This document shows positions 62,483-64,000 of a DNA stretch of 64,000 bases, in pieces (within the stretch, counting starts at the first letter, position 1; each line of letters opens with the position of its first letter). The notes under the pieces are model-generated. The model made no database searches. It saw only the letters and a program-made list of their open reading frames with translations, and was not told the origin of the DNA. Both the position numbers and the translations under genes were made by a program. The stretch comes from Opitutales bacterium (GTDB lineage: Bacteria > Verrucomicrobiota > Verrucomicrobiia > Opitutales > PNEW01). The stretch lies in NCBI GenBank assembly GCA_965197745.1, contig CBDANS010000007.1, positions 1,152,001-1,216,000 of the forward strand, given 5' to 3'.

Positions 62483-62890
62483 ATGGACGAAATTATAGCT
62501 AAAATATTCTCTGTATCTATTTTCATTTATGGCGCTTCTCACCTCCTGCAAGCCAATCGGTGGGCAAAAACGTTTTCAGTTTTTCTTAAAAGCGAAGAGA
62601 CGCCATTTATTATAGGGGCATTAACATTACCTGTAGGATTAATTATTGTTATTGGTCATAATATCTGGATCCTGGATTTTCCTCTATTCATCACTCTGTG
62701 TGGATGGGGAATGGTAATAAAAAGTTGTCTATATCTCATATTTCCACGATCTATTTTCATGATCACTCCCAAAACAGAAAAAAATTTACGCTATTCTTCG
62801 AGGGGTGTTGGAATAGTAATGATCGTCGTTGGGCTCATCCTCATTTATGATACATTTTGGCGTGCTTCCAGTGATCCAATCTACTTCTAA
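62483..62890 (+). CDS. Small membrane protein
   Basis: About 4 TM segments; GL.IV.GHNIW, IT..GW...K...YL.FP. Confidence 0.7.
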   Translation: MDEIIAKIFSVSIFIYGASHLLQANRWAKTFSVFLKSEETPFIIGALTLPVGLIIVIGHNIWILDFPLFITLCGWGMVIKSCLYLIFPRSIFMITPKTEKNLRYSSRGVGIVMIVVGLILIYDTFWRASSDPIYF

Positions 62891-62998
62891 GCGAGAAGGC
62901 AGGTTAAGGCTGGAGCTATTTACAGGGTTATCATTTAAATTTTATAATCGCATTGTTTCTTGCCATGTTATGGAAAAGAGAGCTAGGTTTGGGTCATA

Positions 62999-63670
62999 AT
63001 GAATCAGTATTCCCTGGACAATTATCAGCGTTCGATTCTTGTAACGCCGAATGGTGAGGATAAAATTCTTTTGCACTCCTGCTGCGCGCCTTGTGCTGGG
63101 GAAATAATGGAAGCCCTTGTCGCGTCAAATATTAAACCCACCATTTTCTTTTATAACCCGAATATTCATCCACGCAAGGAGTACGAAATTCGCAAGGATG
63201 AGAATATTCGTTTTGCCAGGAAATTAGGTCTTACTTTTGTTGACGCTGACTATGACAAGGAAAACTGGTTTGACCGGGTAAAAGGGCTGGAGCACGAACC
63301 GGAACGTGGAGCGCGTTGCACGGTTTGTTTTGATATGCGCTTTGAGCGCACCGCGCTTTACGCCGTGGAAAATAATTTTAACCTTATTTCAAGTACTCTG
63401 GGTATTTCACGATGGAAAAATATGGAGCAGATTAATAGTTGTGGGGTGCGCGCAGCCAATCGATATCCCAAAATGGAATACTGGACTTTTAACTGGCGTA
63501 AGAAAGGCGGCAGTCAACGTATGATAGAATTATCAAAGCGTGAAAAATTCTATCAGCAGGAGTATTGTGGTTGTGTTTACAGTCTTCGAGATACCAATCA
63601 ATGGCGGGTAGAGCATGGTCGACCTCGTATCGAACGCGGGGAAAAATTCTACGGTAGCAACGAAGTCTGA
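62999..63670 (+). CDS. queH: Epoxyqueuosine reductase QueH
   Basis: [42 protein letters not shown]. Confidence 0.93.
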   Translation: MNQYSLDNYQRSILVTPNGEDKILLHSCCAPCAGEIMEALVASNIKPTIFFYNPNIHPRKEYEIRKDENIRFARKLGLTFVDADYDKENWFDRVKGLEHEPERGARCTVCFDMRFERTALYAVENNFNLISSTLGISRWKNMEQINSCGVRAANRYPKMEYWTFNWRKKGGSQRMIELSKREKFYQQEYCGCVYSLRDTNQWRVEHGRPRIERGEKFYGSNEV

Positions 63671-63783
63671 TAATACATTTACGGTAAAGGCAATCAGCAA
63701 TTGTAATAAAATCAATTTGCTATGATGCTGATCATGTTGACAAAAGAGAGTATATTATCATAGCTTAAGAGGATAACGAATAA

Positions 63784-63806
63784 AGTATTTATTGGTCATA
63801 AATACT
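63784..63806. promoter_or_regulatory. Perfect 9-5-9 inverted repeat downstream of a putative sigma70 promoter (TTGACA 63737, TAGCTT 63761)
   Basis: AGTATTTAT-TGGTC-ATAAATACT. Confidence 0.45.
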
Positions 63807-63842
63807 CTAATTCAAGTAGTAACCTTAACGAGGAGGTGATCC

Positions 63843-63932
63843 ATGCATAATAGACTAATTTCGAAACCAGGATTTTTAATGAAGAGTTTAAAATGCAAGA
63901 GCGATTTAAAGATGGAGGTAATTCATCTGTAA
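63843..63932 (+). CDS. Putative 29-aa small peptide behind an exceptionally strong Shine-Dalgarno sequence
   Basis: AGGAGGTGATCC directly before ATG; MHNRLISKPGFLMKSLKCKSDLKMEVIHL. Confidence 0.35.
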   Translation: MHNRLISKPGFLMKSLKCKSDLKMEVIHL

Positions 63933-64000
63933 ATTGGTGAAGGGTAATGGATTCTTCCTATTCTGGTGGGAGTCTTGACCAATTTAATTTTAATCGGTAA

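Noticed and set aside
65..63715. Numerous 60-165 aa ORFs antisense to or overlapping confident genes
   Set aside because: They are shadow frames of well-supported CDSs with no independent motifs
63831..63843. 3' end of a 16S rRNA gene on the minus strand
   Set aside because: The match stops after 13 nt and the following sequence does not continue as 16S helix 45
1..64000. Genome-wide reassignment of UGA to a sense codon
   Set aside because: Conserved genes (gpmA, efp, lpxA, aspC, both AKRs, queH) end in TGA at their expected C-termini, and Trp is encoded by TGG

Overview
A gene-dense bacterial chromosomal window. The LpxC-FabZ fusion and the L28, EF-P and AspRS sequence styles suggest a PVC-superphylum organism, probably Verrucomicrobiota; this is inference. 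Housekeeping genes (aspS, gpmA, rpmB, sodA, efp, lpxC-fabZ, lpxA, 2-oxoacid:ferredoxin oxidoreductase alpha/beta, ppiC, aspC, sthA, queH, tRNA-Arg(TCT)) are mixed with many stand-alone sugar, redox and transport genes. I found no CRISPR array, rRNA, prophage or integrase. The clearest structural features are: (1) a complete IS1595-family element (24-bp TIRs, 8-bp TSD) that splits an HPP-family gene, fuses its N-terminus in frame to the transposase and carries a frameshifted passenger ORF; (2) two genes interrupted by in-frame TGA; (3) mosaics of several REP-like palindrome families, one with compensatory base changes, plus heptamer arrays, mostly between convergent genes; (4) an EF-P with an atypical Arg32 loop (QGRQ) and no adjacent earP; (5) a secreted SpoIVB/S55 peptidase paired with a beta-propeller protein; (6) a Met/His heptad-repeat lipoprotein; (7) a Fur-family-like operator before a MerC-like gene; (8) a small ORF with a 13-nt perfect anti-SD complement at the right end. 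All product calls come from motif recognition by eye; no database searches were run.
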